The translations under genes were made by a program, and so were the position numbers. A model generated the notes under the pieces. The model was given only the letters and a program-made list of their open reading frames with translations. It had not been told where the DNA came from and searched no databases. From positions 1,320,001 through 1,352,000 of the forward strand of contig FP565575.1 in the NCBI GenBank assembly GCA_000091165.1: a stretch of DNA of 32,000 bases, given 5' to 3'. This document shows, piece by piece, positions 28,415 through 32,000 of the stretch. Position 1 is the first letter of the stretch, and each line of letters opens with the position of its first letter. This DNA is from Candidatus Methylomirabilis oxygeniifera (lineage in GTDB: Bacteria; Methylomirabilota; Methylomirabilia; Methylomirabilales; Methylomirabilaceae).

Positions 28415-29425
28415 CTATAGCTGTCTTGGCTTCACTTTCTCGAAACCTACCAAGGGCTCACCGGACTGCAACAGCCCGATAAACTGCTCTATCAACCCGG
28501 GATCGCATGAGCCATCCTCCGATGCCTGCCGCATGATCGACACAACATGGTGGCTGTCAAGTTGTGGCTTATAAGGCCGAGCCGTCATCAGCGCGTCGTA
28601 GATATCAACGACCTGAATAATCCTGGCAGCAAGCGGAATCTCCGCTCCCCTCAAGCCATCGGGATACCCGCTGCCATCCCAGTGTTCATGGTGGTGACGA
28701 ATGATGGGAAGCACCAATTTCAGCGACTTGAGTGGCTTACAGATCCGTTCTCCGATCACCGGATGCTCTCGTATGATTCGTGATTCTTCCTCGCTCAATT
28801 CCGTCCTTTTATTCAGGATCGACTCCGGTACAGCGATCTTGCCGACGTCGTGCAGATAGCCTCCACGGTGTAGCGCCCTCAACTGCTCCCGAGGACGCCC
28901 AAGGCTCCGACCAAGGGCAACCGAGTACAACGCTAATCGCTCGCAGTGTCCATCGGTATACGCATCCTTGGCCTCAACACTCAAAGCTAATGTGCACAGC
29001 ACGTCCTCCGCATCTTCCAACTCGTCAGTGAACTGTTTGAGCTTCAGCAGGGACCGAGCCCGCGCGCTCAACTCCGCCGGGTGAAAAGGCTTGCTCAAAA
29101 AGTCGTCGGCCCCGACCTCGATCCCTCGGATTCTATCCTGCAGATCGCTGAGAGAGGTCACCATCACGATAGGAATGAGTCGAGTTCGTTCGTTCTCCTT
29201 GAGCCGAGTACACACCTCGAACCCGCTCATTCCAGGCATAATGACGTCAAGCAGGATAAGATCAGGCGGCCGGGCTGCCACCAGTTCGAGGGCTCGTTCT
29301 CCATCTAACGCCGAGATGATCTCATACCCCTGAGGAGCCAGGATCGTCTCAACCAAGGTGCAGTTGACCTGCTGATCGTCGACGACCAAAATCGTCCCGC
29401 GAGCTGGAGGCGCCGTCTCTATCAC
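28415..29425 (-). CDS. response regulator with receiver plus HD-GYP domain (putative c-di-GMP phosphodiesterase)
   Basis: ILVVDD...DLILLDV.MPGMSG receiver motifs, then HDVGK and HHEHWDGSGYPDGL. The GTG start overlaps the lipB stop (GTGA). Confidence 0.85.
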   Translation of the reverse strand: MIETAPPARGTILVVDDQQVNCTLVETILAPQGYEIISALDGERALELVAARPPDLILLDVIMPGMSGFEVCTRLKENERTRLIPIVMVTSLSDLQDRIRGIEVGADDFLSKPFHPAELSARARSLLKLKQFTDELEDAEDVLCTLALSVEAKDAYTDGHCERLALYSVALGRSLGRPREQLRALHRGGYLHDVGKIAVPESILNKRTELSEEESRIIREHPVIGERICKPLKSLKLVLPIIRHHHEHWDGSGYPDGLRGAEIPLAARIIQVVDIYDALMTARPYKPQLDSHHVVSIMRQASEDGSCDPGLIEQFIGLLQSGEPLVGFEKVKPRQL

Positions 29426-30159
29426 TGCACGCCCCCAACGATCGCCGGCTCATCCCTGTCGCTCATATCGATGCGACTCTTCACGCCGGCAAGTTCGGTA
29501 AGCAACGCAGGTACAATCGATACACCAAACTCAGCCTCAAAATGTTCGGTAAGAATTGCCGCCACCTCACGAATCGAGATCGGACGCGATGACCCTTGCG
29601 CCATGCTGGTTACCCTGGCGTCCTGGATACCGCAGGGAACGATCAGCTCAAACGGCGACAGATCCATGTTCACGTTCAACGCGAAGCCATGGCAGGTAAC
29701 CCAACGACCGACATGAATGCCTAACGAAGCGATTTTGCTTTCACCGACCCAGACGCCTGTTCGACCGATCGACCGACCAGCCGTAATCCCAAAGTCCGAC
29801 AGGGTCATGATCAGGACCTCTTCGAGCTGCCGAAGGTATCGATGCACGTCACGACCATAATCGGCTAGATTGAGGATCGGGTATCCTACTAACTGACCAG
29901 GGCCGTGATAGGTGATGTCGCCACCGCGCTCGACTTCAAAAAACTCGATCCCCATCGCGGTAAGGGAAGATTCCGCAACGCGAAGGTGAGCCTTTTGCCC
30001 GGCTCGTCCGAGGGTGATAACCGGCGGATGCTCCATAAGAAGCAGGACATCCTCGAGGCGGTCCTCAGTCCGAAGGGTTGCCAGCCGCCGCTGCAGGGCA
30101 AGCGCGTCAGCATAGGGCACAAGTCCGAGGTCGATCAGACTACAAGCCTTCACTGTCAC
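29422..30159 (-). CDS. lipB: octanoyltransferase LipB
   Basis: EHPPVITLGR, RGG..TYHGPGQ and K.ASLG motifs. The GTG at 30157-30159 (or 30151-30153) is preferred, because the first 18 codons of ORF 29422..30213 are encoded by the MITE-like repeat. Confidence 0.85.
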   Translation of the reverse strand: MTVKACSLIDLGLVPYADALALQRRLATLRTEDRLEDVLLLMEHPPVITLGRAGQKAHLRVAESSLTAMGIEFFEVERGGDITYHGPGQLVGYPILNLADYGRDVHRYLRQLEEVLIMTLSDFGITAGRSIGRTGVWVGESKIASLGIHVGRWVTCHGFALNVNMDLSPFELIVPCGIQDARVTSMAQGSSRPISIREVAAILTEHFEAEFGVSIVPALLTELAGVKSRIDMSDRDEPAIVGGVQ

Positions 30160-30183
30160 TATTCCAAACGTACGAACGAAGGC

Positions 30184-30277
30184 GTCATTGCGAGGAGCGT
30201 AGCGACGAAGCAATCTCGCAGTCTTTTAGTAGGAGAACGGTGAGATTGCCGCGCTCCTGTTGGTCGCTCGCAATGAC
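30184..30277. repeat. palindromic MITE-like element, copy B
   Basis: gtcattgcgaggagcgtagcgacgaagcaatctc ... gagattgccgcgctcctgttggtcgctcgcaatgac, in the lpd-lipB spacer. Confidence 0.8.
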
Positions 30278-30339
30278 AAAGCAACAATATTTGATGTATT
30301 TCCTACAGCGGTCCTGGACTCTCTTCCCTACACCCTGCC

Positions 30340-31746
30340 TTATACATGGAGGGCGCGTCCAAGGACGGCCAGGGCAGCCTCGCCCATCGCTTCGGAAAGC
30401 GTGGGATGGGCATGGATCGACTCGGCAATCTCCTCCGGAGTGGCCTCCATCGCGATCGCCAGGCCGGCCTCAGCAATCAGTTCGGTGGCATGGGCACCGA
30501 TAATGTGTACGCCCAGGATCTCTCCGTGTCTCGCATCCGCGATCACCTTGACCATCCCTTCGGTTTCGCCGAGGGTCATCGCCATCCCGCTGGCACTGAA
30601 AGGGAACCGACCGACGCGTATCGTGTGCCCCTCAGCCTTCGCCTTCGCCTCGGTCAAGCCGATGCTGGCAACCTGCGGATAGCAGTAGGTACAGCTTGGG
30701 ATCCTCCTGAGATCCGCCGACGCCGCATCCTCCAACTTGGCCATCTTTTCGACGGCCTTGATCCCATCGTGAGACGCCTTGTGGGCCAGGAGCGGCGCAC
30801 CGGCAAGATCGCCGATAGCATAGATGCCGGCAACACTGGACTCCATCTGCTCATTCACTGCGACAAATCCCTTCTTCGTGGCGACCCCCAGCTCTTTCAA
30901 GCCGCCTACCTCCGAGTTCGGTAGTCTACCGACCGCCACCAGGACCGTCTCGCCAAGCAACTCTTGGCTCTTGCCGTTGCTCGACACCCTGACCTTGGCC
31001 TGTCCCGCCTCAACGATTACCCGCTCTACGCTGGTGTTCGTAAGAATCTTGATCCCCTTCTTGGTCAACGCGCGGTGGAGCAGGGCCGTAATCTCCTCGT
31101 CCTCATACGGAAGGATCGTCGGGAGCAGTTCGACGAGCGTCACGGCCGTTCCATAGGCCTGATAGATATCGGCGAATTCTACGCCGATCGCTCCGGCACC
31201 GATGATGATCATCGAAGCGGGGACCCGAGTCAGCAGCATGGCTTCGGTACTGGTCAGTATGACCTTGCCATCGACTGTGACGTTAGGCAGTAGCCTGGGT
31301 CTCGATCCGGTTGCCAAAAGGATCCGTTCGGCGCGGATCCCCTCACTCCTCTTTCCGTCTCTGCCTGTGACCTCCAGTTCCCTGGCCGAGGTGAGGCGAG
31401 CCTCCCCGGAGAAGAGCGCGACTTTATTCTTACGCATCAGAAACTCAATACCCTTGGACAGCCGTTCGGCCTTCTCGCGGCTGCGCTTAACGGCAATGCC
31501 GAAGTCCGCCCTGAGGTTATCCGTGTGAATCCCGAACTCCCCGGCGCGGCGCATCAGGGACAGCACCTGTGAACTCTGAAGCAATGCCTTCGTCGGGATG
31601 CAACCCCAGTTGAGACAGACTCCACCCAAACGGTCCCGCTCGACGAGCGCCACCCGCATCCCGAGTTGTGCGGCGCGGATCGATGCAACGTAGCCGCCGG
31701 GACCCGCCCCGACCACTGCCAGATCAAATATTCGCTCGTCCACCAT
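30340..31746 (-). CDS. lpdA: dihydrolipoyl dehydrogenase (E3)
   Basis: GAGPGGY FAD motif, redox-active GGVCLNWGCIPTK, C-terminal HAHPTLSE. Confidence 0.9.
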   Translation of the reverse strand: MVDERIFDLAVVGAGPGGYVASIRAAQLGMRVALVERDRLGGVCLNWGCIPTKALLQSSQVLSLMRRAGEFGIHTDNLRADFGIAVKRSREKAERLSKGIEFLMRKNKVALFSGEARLTSARELEVTGRDGKRSEGIRAERILLATGSRPRLLPNVTVDGKVILTSTEAMLLTRVPASMIIIGAGAIGVEFADIYQAYGTAVTLVELLPTILPYEDEEITALLHRALTKKGIKILTNTSVERVIVEAGQAKVRVSSNGKSQELLGETVLVAVGRLPNSEVGGLKELGVATKKGFVAVNEQMESSVAGIYAIGDLAGAPLLAHKASHDGIKAVEKMAKLEDAASADLRRIPSCTYCYPQVASIGLTEAKAKAEGHTIRVGRFPFSASGMAMTLGETEGMVKVIADARHGEILGVHIIGAHATELIAEAGLAIAMEATPEEIAESIHAHPTLSEAMGEAALAVLGRALHV

Positions 31747-31748
31747 CC

Positions 31749-32000
31749 CTACTCCGGCTGCACAACGAGCTGAAGCGGCTGTTCCAGCAGTCGTTTCACC
31801 TCTTGAAGGAATATCGCCCCGATTGCGCCATCCACCGCCCGATGATCACACGACAGTGTCATCCGCATCCGCTGGCCGATCTGCACATCTCCATTCGCCA
31901 CGACCGGCTTACTCTGTATCCTGCCGACGGCCAGGATGGCAGCCTCCGGAGGGTTGATGATCGCGGTGAACTCTTCTATCTCATACATGCCAAGGTTCGA
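31749..32000 (-). CDS. 2-oxoacid dehydrogenase E2 acyltransferase, C-terminal catalytic domain (partial; continues past the right edge)
   Basis: LSCDHRAVDGA catalytic His motif. The stop lies 2 nt before the lpd start. Confidence 0.8.
   Translation of the reverse strand, partial: SNLGMYEIEEFTAIINPPEAAILAVGRIQSKPVVANGDVQIGQRMRMTLSCDHRAVDGAIGAIFLQEVKRLLEQPLQLVVQPE

Overview
GC-rich bacterial chromosomal DNA, tightly packed; every gene I call is on the minus strand except the FecR-like gene and higA. Most of it is housekeeping. In direction of transcription (right to left): 2-oxoacid dehydrogenase E2 (partial)-lpd-lipB-REC/HD-GYP response regulator; a complete System I cytochrome c maturation operon ccmABCDEFGH plus a short CcmI-like gene that overlaps the start of mqnE; a ~1.7 kb accessory islet (decayed RAYT-type transposase flanked by REP hairpins, orphan higA, mosaic repeat, DUF433/DUF5615 toxin-antitoxin pair); mqnC-rtcB-rmuC-thiC; an M24 peptidase flanked by uncharacterised membrane proteins; a PPP-family phosphatase; a plus-strand FecR-like secreted protein behind an AT-rich patch with a near-consensus sigma70 promoter; then tilS-ftsH-folP-cdaA-cdaR-glmM-pdxJ-acpS-nnr (start only). 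I found no CRISPR array, tRNA, rRNA or recognisable riboswitch. I cannot point to a convincing novel multi-gene protein system. The most unusual signals are non-coding. (1) Several intra-operon spacers are built almost entirely of phased degenerate heptanucleotide repeats, each locus with its own unit, and two of them form canonical G-quadruplex motifs. (2) There are three interspersed repeat families: a mosaic of hairpin modules, a palindromic MITE-like element, and REP hairpins around the RAYT remnant. (3) The CcmG thioredoxin-fold protein carries C-F-P-A-C where CxxC is expected. All homology calls rest on motif recognition by eye, since no searches were run.
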